Shown: positions 18,064 through 27,584, counted from the first letter of the stretch. The stretch: DNA of 47,774 nucleotides from Promethearchaeota archaeon (GCA_020344955.1 CP070831.1:1106091-1153864), one strand, 5' to 3'. The notes: generated by a model not told the origin, from the sequence alone. Numbers and translations are program-made.

Positions 18064-18708
18064 TTAGATTTCTATAATTTGCTTTATTTCATCGTCAGTA
18101 AAACTCAATGTATCTGTGGCATCGACTTTTTTTAGTTTTCCTCTTTTCTTATAATATTTAATAAGTGGTTTGGCATTTTTTTCATATGCATCTAATCTAT
18201 TTTTTAAAGTCTCTTCATTATCATCACTTCTTTGCTCAAATTTAATCTCGGTACCACATTTATCACATATTCCCTCCACTTTAGGTGGAAGGGTGTATTT
18301 ATTATAAATCTCACCGCAATTATTACATCCGTATCTACCTAAAATTCTTTTAAATATAATATCTCTAGACACTTGTAATAGCAGAAGTAGATCTATTTCA
18401 GTTATATCATTTAAAGCTTCTGCTTGAGGTATAGTTCGAGGAAATCCATCAAGGATAAAACCATGTTTTTTAACATCCTCTCTATTCAATCTATTTCTTA
18501 CCATTTCAATAGTGACATCATTAGGTACTAATTCTCCCTTATCCATATAGCTTTTTGCTTTCAATCCCAAAGGAGTTTCATTTTTTAAATTTTCCCGAAA
18601 TATATCTCCAGTACTTATATGGATGATTTCAGGTGCTATCTTTTTTATCTGTCCTGAAAAAGTGCCTTTTCCTGCTCCCGGCGGACCAAATAATATTAGT
18701 TTTTTCAT
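18064..18708 (-). CDS. adk: adenylate kinase, long (bacterial/eukaryotic Adk) type with Cys4 zinc lid
   Basis: GPPGAGKGT P-loop, LDGFPRT, and lid CNNCG...CDKCG. Confidence 0.9.
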   Translation of the reverse strand: MKKLILFGPPGAGKGTFSGQIKKIAPEIIHISTGDIFRENLKNETPLGLKAKSYMDKGELVPNDVTIEMVRNRLNREDVKKHGFILDGFPRTIPQAEALNDITEIDLLLLLQVSRDIIFKRILGRYGCNNCGEIYNKYTLPPKVEGICDKCGTEIKFEQRSDDNEETLKNRLDAYEKNAKPLIKYYKKRGKLKKVDATDTLSFTDDEIKQIIEI

Positions 18709-18794
18709 TATTATTCATAGATTTTTTTTTTATTTGTAGATAATTAAATTGAACATTAGTTAAAATCATTTTGTCCTTAAGCAATTTAATATCT

Positions 18795-19382
18795 TTATCC
18801 TGTAAAATATGAAAATTCAATTTGTTTAATCAAGTTTCCTACAATTCTTTTTTCTCTTAAACTAAATAGAGATGTGAAATCACTTTTTATAGTAGATCCA
18901 TAATAAGAATTTCCAAAAAATGTTTTAGAATTTTCTATTGCGTTTAATAATAAATTTTTATTACCAATATGAAGATAAATTGAAATATCGTTAATAATTA
19001 ATACTTCTGTTGGATTATTGTTGAAGAATTTTAGTAATTTAGAAGTTTTTTTATAATTTTTACATGCATTTTCATAAAGTTCTTTTCTATTTCTTGCTTT
19101 AAAGCGAGGCGGTATAATTTCTCCTTCAAAATATAGATAATTACAAATAATGCTATTTTCATAAAAGTCCTTGATTTTACCACCAATTTTGATACCTTTA
19201 ATTACTTTTAAGGGTGGAGCAAAATCTAATATGCTGATTTGTTTTGGATCAAAATGTTTTGCTTCTATGAGAAATTGAATAAAATTTGCAGTATAAAAAG
19301 TCTTTTTTGTATTAATTTCTCCATATAGAATAGTATAATGTCCAATGTAGCTTTCAAAATTTAAAGATGGATTATATCTCAT
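18795..19382 (-). CDS. hypothetical protein, possibly a degenerate P-loop NTPase fold
   Basis: 195-aa ORF. A Walker-A-like GEINTKKT lacks the second glycine, followed by hydrophobic-strand-Asp segments (ISILDF, VLIINDIS). No confident family assignment. Confidence 0.3.
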   Translation of the reverse strand: MRYNPSLNFESYIGHYTILYGEINTKKTFYTANFIQFLIEAKHFDPKQISILDFAPPLKVIKGIKIGGKIKDFYENSIICNYLYFEGEIIPPRFKARNRKELYENACKNYKKTSKLLKFFNNNPTEVLIINDISIYLHIGNKNLLLNAIENSKTFFGNSYYGSTIKSDFTSLFSLREKRIVGNLIKQIEFSYFTG

Positions 19383-19408
19383 AAAAATATTTTATTATAT
19401 AATGAATA

Positions 19409-19975
19409 TTAAAAAAAATCCTCCCAGGTTACTTTTGCTTTTTTTAAGATCATTAGCATTATAAATCCCATAATAGATCCAGGAATACAACTTAACGCAA
19501 ATAAGCCCCAAAATGTATAAAGACTTTCTATTGCAAAAATATTTCCTGAGATTAAATGTCCAATGGTTCCACCTAAAAAGATAGTTCCTAGTGGTTCTGT
19601 TAAAGCAGCAAATTCCACATATTTTGGAAATTTTTTACGTAAGAAGTAAGCCACCATTCCAACAACAAAAGCTCCAGTGATTCCCCCATGAAATGCATGA
19701 ATTGTACCAATTGAGAATGAAAATCGAAGGATAGCAATATCTAGTGCTATTATGCAAGCAAAATCTAAACCTAATAAAATGCCCGTTATACTATTAATAA
19801 AATGAGCAAAGGGATTGATTTTTGTTCCAAATATTAAAAAATATCCAAACGGGTTAAGATAACTCAAAACTAATCCAACTGCTATAAAAATACCTGAAGT
19901 GGCTATTTTTTTATTTAGAGGATTCTGAAAAAATCTTTTTTCTTTTAAATCTTTATCGGAATTTTGGCCGTTCAT
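19409..19975 (-). CDS. thiW: ThiW-like ECF-type transporter S component (thiamine precursor)
   Basis: Five to six TM helices with ThiW-like motifs: NPFAHFINSITGILLG, GTIHAFHGGITGAFVVG, ALTEPLGT and IPGSIMGF. Confidence 0.55.
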   Translation of the reverse strand: MNGQNSDKDLKEKRFFQNPLNKKIATSGIFIAVGLVLSYLNPFGYFLIFGTKINPFAHFINSITGILLGLDFACIIALDIAILRFSFSIGTIHAFHGGITGAFVVGMVAYFLRKKFPKYVEFAALTEPLGTIFLGGTIGHLISGNIFAIESLYTFWGLFALSCIPGSIMGFIMLMILKKAKVTWEDFF

Positions 19976-20155
19976 TTAAATCTCTTTTTCCTTTTTTTCT
20001 TAATATTTTAATACTTATATTTCTCAATTTTCAAATTTTGCTAAGCGCTAAGTTAAGTTAACCATTAAATTAAAGAGTTTTAATCTATTAAATTAATAAA
20101 AATTATAAAAATTTATGTAAAGTTTATCTTTTTTTACGAGAACTGTGGATAGACA

Positions 20156-20830
20156 ATGAAAATTGGTAAATATACGATTAATCCTACAAAAATTATATGT
20201 GTTGGCACTAATTACATGGATCATATAGAAGAAACCAAATTAGATGTTCCAAAAGAACCAGTTTTGTTTCCGAAGACCTTAAATTGCTTAATTTCAAATA
20301 ATGACCCTATAATTTATCCTAAATTTTTATTTAACCAACGTAAATATAATAGAGTAGATCATGAAATTGAGTTAGCATTTTTGATAAAAGATAAATGTAA
20401 AAATGTTCCAAAAAGAGAAGCATATAATCATATACTTGGATATACAGTATTTAACGATATTACCGCTCGAAAAATGCAAGCTAAAGATATTGTTTCAAAA
20501 TTACCATGGTTTCGTTCAAAATCTTTTGATACATTTGGACCTATTGGCCCGAGAATTGCTAATATAGATGAAATAAAAGATCCACATAATTTAAATATCG
20601 AATTAAAACTAAATGGTGAGATTAAACAGTCATCTAATACTAAAAATTTATTATTTAAATTACCAGAACTTTTAGAGTATATCACAACCTTTTTTACTCT
20701 TGAATCTGGAGATATTGTAGCTACTGGAACACCAAGTGGAATTGGACCTATACAACCAGGTGATATTATTGAAGCAACAATAGAAAAAATTGGAACATTA
20801 ACAAATAATGTAGTTTTGGAAGGTGAATAG
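20156..20830 (+). CDS. fumarylacetoacetate hydrolase (FAH) family protein, copy 1
   Basis: FAH-family motifs: VGTNYMDHIEE, DHEIELAF, FNDITARK, WFRSKSFDTFGPIGP and GDIVATGTPSGIG. Confidence 0.8.
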   Translation: MKIGKYTINPTKIICVGTNYMDHIEETKLDVPKEPVLFPKTLNCLISNNDPIIYPKFLFNQRKYNRVDHEIELAFLIKDKCKNVPKREAYNHILGYTVFNDITARKMQAKDIVSKLPWFRSKSFDTFGPIGPRIANIDEIKDPHNLNIELKLNGEIKQSSNTKNLLFKLPELLEYITTFFTLESGDIVATGTPSGIGPIQPGDIIEATIEKIGTLTNNVVLEGE

Positions 20831-20833
20831 AAA

Positions 20834-21511
20834 TTGAATATTAAAATCGGAGACAGAGTTATATATACTACAAAGATAATCTGTTTAGGACGAAATTATT
20901 TAGACCATGCGCAGGAAATGAAAGCAGAAGTACCTAAAAGTCCAGTATTTTTCGTAAAGACTGTAAATACTTTAGTGACTAACGATAATCCAATAATTTA
21001 TCCAAAATTACTTTACGATAATCAAGATTATAATCGTGTTGATCATGAAGTAGAATTAGCATTCATAATTTCTCAAACTTGTAAAAATATTCAAGCAGAC
21101 CACTCTTATGAGTATATAGAAGGGTATACTATTTTCCTTGATATTACAGCAAGAAAAATGCAGATTAGTGATAGAAATATTAATTTACCATGGTATAGAA
21201 GCAAAAATTTCGATACATTTGGACCTATAGGTCCAAGAATAATTCAACGTGATAATATTGGAGATCCACACAATTTAGATATTCAGTTAAAGATAAATGG
21301 AGAAAAACGTCAACATTCAAATACAAAATATATGATTTTTAAAATTCCAGAAATATTAGAATTTATATCCAAGTTTGTAACATTAGTTCCTGGAGATATT
21401 GTAGCAACTGGGACACCAAGTGGAGTAGGTCCAATCCAACCAGGAGATATTATTGAAGCATATATAGAACAAATAGGACAGATCACCCATAAAGTCGTCT
21501 TGGAAGAATAA
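20834..21511 (+). CDS. fumarylacetoacetate hydrolase (FAH) family protein, copy 2 (tandem paralog, TTG start)
   Basis: Colinear with copy 1 (LGRNYLDHAQE, DHEVELAF, WYRSKNFDTFGPIGP, GDIVATGTPSGVG). It starts 3 nt after the stop of copy 1. Confidence 0.8.
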   Translation: MNIKIGDRVIYTTKIICLGRNYLDHAQEMKAEVPKSPVFFVKTVNTLVTNDNPIIYPKLLYDNQDYNRVDHEVELAFIISQTCKNIQADHSYEYIEGYTIFLDITARKMQISDRNINLPWYRSKNFDTFGPIGPRIIQRDNIGDPHNLDIQLKINGEKRQHSNTKYMIFKIPEILEFISKFVTLVPGDIVATGTPSGVGPIQPGDIIEAYIEQIGQITHKVVLEE

Positions 21512-21621
21512 TAACAGGAATTAATGATAGCGATTAACGAATATTAATCTTAATTTTTATTATCAGAATATATATAAACATGAAATTTCATTATTTTCAG
21601 TAGTAGAAAACAAGATAAAAA

Positions 21622-22764
21622 ATGCCAAAAAAAGTATTAATAGCTTCTGAATCATCATATCGTAGAACTTTATTATCTGAGATGCTTTCCCCTCGTAATG
21701 AAATAAATATAGTTGATATTGCACGAAATGGACAAGAAACTATTAATATTATAGAAATGAAAAAGCCTGATGTTTTAATACTCGATATTGAGCACAAAAA
21801 TAAAGACTGGTACTCACCTTTTAATTTTATAATAAAGAATTTTAATATAACTACTATTGTTTTAACCGACATAGATCCTAACAAAATAGATTCTCTTGAA
21901 ATTCCACATATCCTAAGATTTTATGATTATATTGTTAAACCTGAAGGAATATGGAAGGATGTTATTCCAACTATTAAAGATAAATTAATTTCAAAAGTAA
22001 TTTTAGCAGAGATTAGAAAATTAAATAAAATTGATGACAAAGTAAGGTTATTAAGTAAAAATATTTTTATTCAAAAAAGCCAAAAAGTAAAATTTAAACC
22101 AGACGTGATATCTAATAAAATATTAGATAACTCGGTTAAGCAAAGATCAGAAGAATACTTCTTAGACTTTTCCCCTATTACTATTAAAAAGGTTCCTACT
22201 AAAATTATAGTAATAGGAGCAAGTGTGGGTGGTCCAAGAACTTTAAGAACAATCTTAAGTGACATCCCTCAAGATTTTCCCGCACCAGTTCTAGTTGTAC
22301 AACATCTAAACCATCTTTTCATGCGACAATTTGCTACATCTTTAAAAAATATCTGTAAAGTTAATGTAAAAATAGGTAAAAATTATGAAGAAATAAAATC
22401 GGGTACAATTTATCTTTCACCAGGAGATAAGCACATGCAAGTCATTGTTAAGGGTGATAGACCCTGCATAAGAACTTATGAAGGAGAGCTTGTGAATTTT
22501 TGTAGACCTTCTGTTGATGTGTTGTTTTATTCAACAGCGCGAGTATATAAGGAAAAAACATTGGGAATTTTACTAACGGGAATGGGAGTAGATGGTGCTT
22601 CTGGATTGAAGGCAATCAAGCAAGAAGGAGGGAGAACAATTGCTGAATCTGAGGAGACAAGTATATTATATGGGATGCCCAAAGCTGCTGCTGAAAGTGG
22701 AGTAGCAGATTTAATTCTGCCAAATTATCAAATTATAGATGAAATTATCAGATTTATCACTTAA
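21622..22764 (+). CDS. cheB: CheB-type protein-glutamate methylesterase with partly degenerate receiver domain
   Basis: C-terminal catalytic Ser/His/Asp motifs GASVGGP, VVQHL and TGMGVDG. The N-terminal receiver keeps the phospho-Asp position (LILDIE) and K-P (IVKP), but the acidic pair reads SE instead of DD. Confidence 0.8.
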   Translation: MPKKVLIASESSYRRTLLSEMLSPRNEINIVDIARNGQETINIIEMKKPDVLILDIEHKNKDWYSPFNFIIKNFNITTIVLTDIDPNKIDSLEIPHILRFYDYIVKPEGIWKDVIPTIKDKLISKVILAEIRKLNKIDDKVRLLSKNIFIQKSQKVKFKPDVISNKILDNSVKQRSEEYFLDFSPITIKKVPTKIIVIGASVGGPRTLRTILSDIPQDFPAPVLVVQHLNHLFMRQFATSLKNICKVNVKIGKNYEEIKSGTIYLSPGDKHMQVIVKGDRPCIRTYEGELVNFCRPSVDVLFYSTARVYKEKTLGILLTGMGVDGASGLKAIKQEGGRTIAESEETSILYGMPKAAAESGVADLILPNYQIIDEIIRFIT

Positions 22765-22796
22765 AATTTATTAATTAAAAGCTATAATTAACCATA

Positions 22797-22982
22797 ATGA
22801 CTATGGAAATTAGTGATGAAATTAAGAAAAAAATATGTGAATTAATTTCAACACCGGGGATTACAATTGAAGAAATAGCTAATAATGTTAATTTAGAATA
22901 TGATACTATTATAGAAATTTTATCTGAAGAATATTTTAAACATAATCCTGACTATGGAAGAAGGCTCTGTTGTAGATTTTAA
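22797..22982 (+). CDS. small hypothetical protein (possible helix-turn-helix)
   Basis: 61-aa ORF with an ITIEEIANNVNLEYDTIIEIL helix-turn-helix-like segment. Weak. Confidence 0.3.
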   Translation: MTMEISDEIKKKICELISTPGITIEEIANNVNLEYDTIIEILSEEYFKHNPDYGRRLCCRF

Positions 22983-23188
22983 TTAGACTTTTTTTAATAA
23001 AATTTTTTAACTTTGTTTAATTTTTATTATCACTAAGTTCAAAATATATTCTTCTAAGAACCTTAGGACGCATATTAAAGCGGTTTCAATATATAAAAGA
23101 TATTGAAAATTTACCTCGTAAATAACGCGTTCTCATTCTAAAGAATATTTTTTGAATATAGTAAAAAAAAATTAAACGGTGAGAGTAT

Positions 23189-23711
23189 GTGAGTGGAAAA
23201 GGAAAATTAGTTGTTAAAGCATTGGTTACAGGAGGAAGTGCGTCAGGTGGCCCACCCATAGGACCTGCTGTTGGACCTACTGGCATAAACGGAAATCAAA
23301 TCGATTTTCGATGCATACATTAAGGACGTTGTCGATGAAATCAATAAGCAGACAATGGTATTTAAGGGTTTAACAGTACCAGTTAGAATCGAATGTAATC
23401 CAGAAACAAAACAGTTTGAAATATTTATTGAGACCCCTTCTACAGCCTCACTATTACTTAAGGAGGTTGGTGCTGAAAAAGGGAGCTCTGAACCTTCAGA
23501 AAAAAAAATAGGAAATTTAACTCTAGAGCAAATTCAAAATGTTGTTGAGGGGAAGAGAGAGAAATTTTTGGATAAAACATACAAATCAGCTGTAAAAACA
23601 GTCTTAGGAACAGCTTTATCAGTTGGATTAACAGTAGAAGGAGAAGACCCAAGGATCATCCAAAAACGAATTGATAATGGAGAATATGATGATAAAATGA
23701 AGGAGGAGTGA
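23189..23711 (+). CDS. rpl11: 50S ribosomal protein uL11, coding sequence interrupted by a 28-nt BHB intron (exons 23189..23288 and 23317..23711)
   Basis: GTG 23189 behind a GGTGA box encodes MSGKGKLVVKALVTGGSASGGPPIGPAVGPTGIN, the conserved uL11 N-terminus. The remainder, IKDVVDEINKQTMVFKGLTVPVRIE...GNLTLEQI..., is in the +1 frame. Removing 23289..23316 gives a gap-free 164-aa uL11. Confidence 0.85.
23289..23316 (+). other. bulge-helix-bulge (archaeal endonuclease-type) intron inside the rpl11 coding sequence
   Basis: Central 4-bp helix GCAU(23283-23286)/AUGC(23311-23314), with 3-nt bulges 23287-23289 and 23315-23317. Inner 8-bp helix 23290-23297/23303-23310 with a 5-nt loop. Outer pairs 23282-23318 and 23281-23319. 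Confidence 0.75.
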
Positions 23712-23717
23712 TGAAAT

Positions 23718-24446
23718 TTGAAAGTAGATGATAAATTATTAAAAAGATCATTGAATGCTGCAATCAATTTTTCAATATTGAAGAGGGAGGGTTTCAAAGA
23801 TAAAGTACGAAAATTTGATGAGTCCATTGATCTCATTATTAATATTAAAGATGTTAATTTAAATGATCCAAAAAACAGAATAGAGAAGGAAATTATCCTT
23901 TCAAATGAAATAATTACTGATGATAAACCTAATGTTTGTGTAATTGCTTCAGATGAGATCTTACTTGAAGCAAAAAAACTTGGTATTGATACTATTGATT
24001 CTGATGGCTTGATTAAATTAAATAATGAAGAAAAGAAATTCAAGAAGAAATTTGCTAAAAAATATGAGTATTTTGTAGTAGAAGATAAAATGATGAGGGA
24101 CGTTGCTCGATATCTAGCCAGATTTCTTGGACCTGTAGGTAAAATGCCAAAACCCTTTCCTACGGGATATGGAATTATTTCTAGTCCAGAAGATTTAAAA
24201 GTTGCTTATGAAAGATATAAAAAAATAATTAGAATTCAAATGAAAAAGCAACCCATTATCTTTGCTAAGATTGGTAAAAAATCCATGGATAAAGAAAAAT
24301 TATATGAAAATATGAAGACTATTGTGGATTTTATAGCTGATCAAATGCCTCATAAGTTTAATAATTTTAAATCAATGTTTCTAAAATCTACAATGGGAAA
24401 ACCAGTAAAAGTAACAGAAGAATTCCTAAAAAGTATCGAGGTGTGA
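23718..24446 (+). CDS. rpl1: 50S ribosomal protein uL1 (TTG start behind a GGAGGAGTGAT box)
   Basis: Position after rpl11, length 242 aa, and motifs FDESIDLIINIKD, GPVGKMPKP and the uL1 C-terminal pattern. Confidence 0.85.
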   Translation: MKVDDKLLKRSLNAAINFSILKREGFKDKVRKFDESIDLIINIKDVNLNDPKNRIEKEIILSNEIITDDKPNVCVIASDEILLEAKKLGIDTIDSDGLIKLNNEEKKFKKKFAKKYEYFVVEDKMMRDVARYLARFLGPVGKMPKPFPTGYGIISSPEDLKVAYERYKKIIRIQMKKQPIIFAKIGKKSMDKEKLYENMKTIVDFIADQMPHKFNNFKSMFLKSTMGKPVKVTEEFLKSIEV

Positions 24447-24450
24447 AATT

Positions 24451-25341
24451 ATGATTAAAAATAAAGTAATACCACAACGGAAAATAAAGGAAATCAATAA
24501 TTTAGTTGATTTATTTAAAAATTATAAAAATGTAGCTGTTATTGAAGTAGCAAATATTAACGATATGCAAATTCAAGCTATGCGCAAAATTTTAAGAGGA
24601 AAAGCAGTATTTAGAATGTCTAAAAAATCACTTCAGTTACGCGCTATAGAAGAATTTAAAAATAATTCCAAAAAGAAAAATTTAGATGAATTTGCAGATA
24701 ATATCCCAGGGCAATCAAGTCTAGTATTTACAAATCTAGATTTATTTGAATTAAAGAAAATATTTTTAGAAAACGCGTGGATGGTTCCCGCTAAACCTAA
24801 TGAAATCACACCAGTAGATATTTGGGTCCCAGCTGGAGACACAGGTCTTCCTACCGGACAAGTTATAAGTGAATTGAACATGACGTTAAAATTACCGACA
24901 AGAATTATGAATGACACAATTCATGTTCGTGAGGATACAAGAACACATAAAGCTGGAGATTTAGTCAACATCAAACAAGCTGCGGTCTTAAAAAAATTAG
25001 GGATTACACCAATAGAATCTTTGATTAGACTTAATTTTGCTTGGAGCGATGGCGAAATCATACCTGAAGAAATATTATATATGAATATGGAACAATTTAA
25101 TCAAGATTTTGCTAGAGCTTATCGAGAAGCACTTGGAGTTTTATTTGAAATGCCCTTTTTCTCAGATGATATGACAGAGGAATATATTCGAAAAGCCGCA
25201 TCCGAAGCAAATATATTAAATAGTATTATTTTTGGGGAAGGAATCCAAGAACCAATAGAAGAAGAAGAACCTAAGGTAGATGCAAAAGAGGAAGAAGAAG
25301 ATGATGAAGAAGAAATCGGAATTGGAGGTTTATTTGGCTAA
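24451..25341 (+). CDS. rpl10: 50S ribosomal protein uL10 (acidic ribosomal protein P0)
   Basis: Position in the L11-L1-L10-L12 cluster. The C-terminal stalk tail EEEEDDEEEIGIGGLFG is typical of archaeal/eukaryal P proteins. Confidence 0.9.
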   Translation: MIKNKVIPQRKIKEINNLVDLFKNYKNVAVIEVANINDMQIQAMRKILRGKAVFRMSKKSLQLRAIEEFKNNSKKKNLDEFADNIPGQSSLVFTNLDLFELKKIFLENAWMVPAKPNEITPVDIWVPAGDTGLPTGQVISELNMTLKLPTRIMNDTIHVREDTRTHKAGDLVNIKQAAVLKKLGITPIESLIRLNFAWSDGEIIPEEILYMNMEQFNQDFARAYREALGVLFEMPFFSDDMTEEYIRKAASEANILNSIIFGEGIQEPIEEEEPKVDAKEEEEDDEEEIGIGGLFG

Positions 25342-25413
25342 AATTTACATTTTTTAAATTTAAAATATAATCACAAATATAATGATAAAAAAATAAAAAA
25401 GAGGTTAGATAGT

Positions 25414-25704
25414 ATGGAAAGTATTTATGCAGCTTTATTACTTCATAAAGCGGGAGGTAAAATTACCGAAGCAAACGTAGAAAAGGTATTAACTGCAGCA
25501 GGTGCGAAAGTTGATAAAACAGAAATCACAAAGCTAATTTCTGGTTTAAAAAGTACAAAAATAGAGGATATCATCAAATCAGCTAGTGCTATACCAGTTG
25601 CTACTGCTCCAACTGGAGCTGTGAAAGAGAAGAAAAAAGAAGAAGAGAAGAAAAAAGAGGAACCAGAAGAAGAAGAACCCACAGGTATTGGGAGTCTTTT
25701 TTGA
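25414..25704 (+). CDS. rpl12: 50S ribosomal stalk protein P1 (aL12)
   Basis: MESIYAALLLHKAGGKITE... N-terminus and EEEEPTGIGSLF tail. Confidence 0.9.
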   Translation: MESIYAALLLHKAGGKITEANVEKVLTAAGAKVDKTEITKLISGLKSTKIEDIIKSASAIPVATAPTGAVKEKKKEEEKKKEEPEEEEPTGIGSLF

Positions 25705-25963
25705 TTAACTAATACGACAAATCCACAAATTGAGCTAACAAAAATCAATAAAGCGATAGATTAATAAGAAGAATAATATAAAACGATTTTAATATTTAAA
25801 TGAAGCTGTAGAATTTTATTTTCTAAGTTTTGTTTATATTCTAAATCCCAGATTAAAGCAATTTTAAATCATAAACTTTTTTTAAAATTCAATTTTTTCT
25901 AAATTACATTTCAAATTTAAGATATTGATAATTATTATTATAAATTCACGTTGTTGATTGTAT

Positions 25964-27475
25964 ATGGCTGGAAAGTTTCTTAAATTCTTCTCTCCATTTG
26001 TACGAGCTATGCCAGAAATTAAACAACCTCAGCGTGAAGTTTCTTTTAAAGAAAAATTCATTTGGACTGCAGTTGTATTGATAATTTATTTGATAATGAG
26101 TAATATTCGATTATTCGGTATAAATTTTGAGCAATCAACTGATTATTTCTTTTGGTTAAGAGTAATTTTAGCAAGTCAGAGAGGGATGTTAACAGAATTA
26201 GGAATTGGTCCCATAGTAACGGCAGGTCTTATTATGCAATTACTTTTAGGTTCAAGAATAATCAATGTAAATATGGCAGATCCATATGATAGAGCTATGT
26301 TCAGTGGAGCTCAAAAAGTGCTTGCTATATTCTTAACTATATTCAATGCTGTAGCTTATATTTTAGGTGGTGCTTTTGGTCCTTTAACAGGAGAAGGAGC
26401 GATAGGGATACAAGGAGCATTTTTTATCTTTTTCCAATTGTTATTTGCTGGAATAATCATAATATTATTGGATGAATTACTTCAAAAAGGATGGGGTTTA
26501 GGTAGTGGAGTTTCATTATTTATCGCAGCAGGAGTGGCTGGTCAGATCTTTTGGAATAGTTTCAGTTTTTTTCCGACTCCTTCCCCAAGCGCTGATCCCC
26601 CTGGAGATGGATTACCAAGAGGAATAGTAATTGCCTTCTTTACAGCACTTTTTGATAATGATCCTAATACAACTCTCGGTACAATATTCTTACGAGGAAC
26701 ATACCCATCCCTAGTTGGAATTATCACTACAGTAGGTATATTTCTTTTAGTCATATGGTTTGAGTCAACTCGTGTTGAGATTCCCCTTGCTTACAGAGGC
26801 TATCGAGGTTTTAAAGGTAAATACCCCATGAAACTTCTTTATGTCTCCAATATTCCAGTAATACTAGTCAATGCTTTATATGCAAATTTCCTATTCTTTG
26901 GGCAATTAATTGCAGGTCCCGGATCTGCTCTTCGCTCTACTAATGGAGGGCTTATCCCCGATTTTTGGATTGATATAATCGGAGTATTTAGAGAAGAAAC
27001 AGGTGCAGGAGGTCTTGCGGGTAAACAACTAATACCTATATCTGGTTTAGTTTATCTGCTTACTCCACCATTAGGGATTGATCAATTAGCCTCTGATCCA
27101 TTTCGTGCAGTTTTTTATCTCCTTATATTTGTGGTTTTATGCATATTGCTCGGCCGTGTTTGGGTTGAAGTGTCAGGACTTGCTCCACGTGACATTGCCA
27201 ATCAAATAATTGATTCAAAAATGCAAATTCCTGGATTTCGGAGTTCTGGAAAGATAATCGAAAGGATTTTGAAACGCTATATCCCGACTTTGGTAATATT
27301 AAACGGTATTATCATTGCTGTGTTAAGTTTTACGGCGGATAGTTTAAGGGCACTGAGTTCTGGGACGGGATTATTGATAGCAATAGGCATCATCCAAAAT
27401 TATGGTGAAACTATCGCGAAAGAGCTCGCTGCGGTACAATATCCTGGTTTAAGGGCGATGCTTGGTATGGATTAG
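25964..27475 (+). CDS. secY: preprotein translocase subunit SecY (Sec61 alpha)
   Basis: Ten TM helices with the motifs RGMLTELGIGPIVTAGLIMQLL and KLLYVSNIPVIL. ATG 25964 is preferred over the upstream TTG 25958. Confidence 0.9.
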   Translation: MAGKFLKFFSPFVRAMPEIKQPQREVSFKEKFIWTAVVLIIYLIMSNIRLFGINFEQSTDYFFWLRVILASQRGMLTELGIGPIVTAGLIMQLLLGSRIINVNMADPYDRAMFSGAQKVLAIFLTIFNAVAYILGGAFGPLTGEGAIGIQGAFFIFFQLLFAGIIIILLDELLQKGWGLGSGVSLFIAAGVAGQIFWNSFSFFPTPSPSADPPGDGLPRGIVIAFFTALFDNDPNTTLGTIFLRGTYPSLVGIITTVGIFLLVIWFESTRVEIPLAYRGYRGFKGKYPMKLLYVSNIPVILVNALYANFLFFGQLIAGPGSALRSTNGGLIPDFWIDIIGVFREETGAGGLAGKQLIPISGLVYLLTPPLGIDQLASDPFRAVFYLLIFVVLCILLGRVWVEVSGLAPRDIANQIIDSKMQIPGFRSSGKIIERILKRYIPTLVILNGIIIAVLSFTADSLRALSSGTGLLIAIGIIQNYGETIAKELAAVQYPGLRAMLGMD

Positions 27476-27584
27476 GGATAATAACTTCATTTTTGGTTAT
27501 TTCAATTAAATATTTTCTTATATAATCATGAAACAGATCCTTTATGAAAACTTTAAAACAATTTCAATATAAATTAATATAAAG

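Noticed and set aside
19976-20155. TPP riboswitch upstream of the ThiW-like gene
   Set aside because: Neither strand of the spacer contains the conserved CUGAGA or ACCUGAUCUGGAUAAUGCCAGCG-like THI-box elements. The region is plain AT-rich sequence.
23285-23325. Programmed +1 frameshift or translational bypass (hop) to join the two rpl11 frames
   Set aside because: A +1 shift would insert about 9 non-conserved residues into a universally conserved uL11 segment. No matching take-off and landing codon pair gives a colinear product. The precise 28-nt excision predicted by a complete BHB fold explains the data better.
23086-24043. Antisense ORFs 23086..23286, 23458..23652 and 23534..24043 overlapping rpl11/rpl1
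   Set aside because: They lie opposite strongly conserved ribosomal protein coding sequence. They translate to low-complexity S/F/L-rich strings and have no motifs, so they are shadow ORFs of an AT-rich coding strand.
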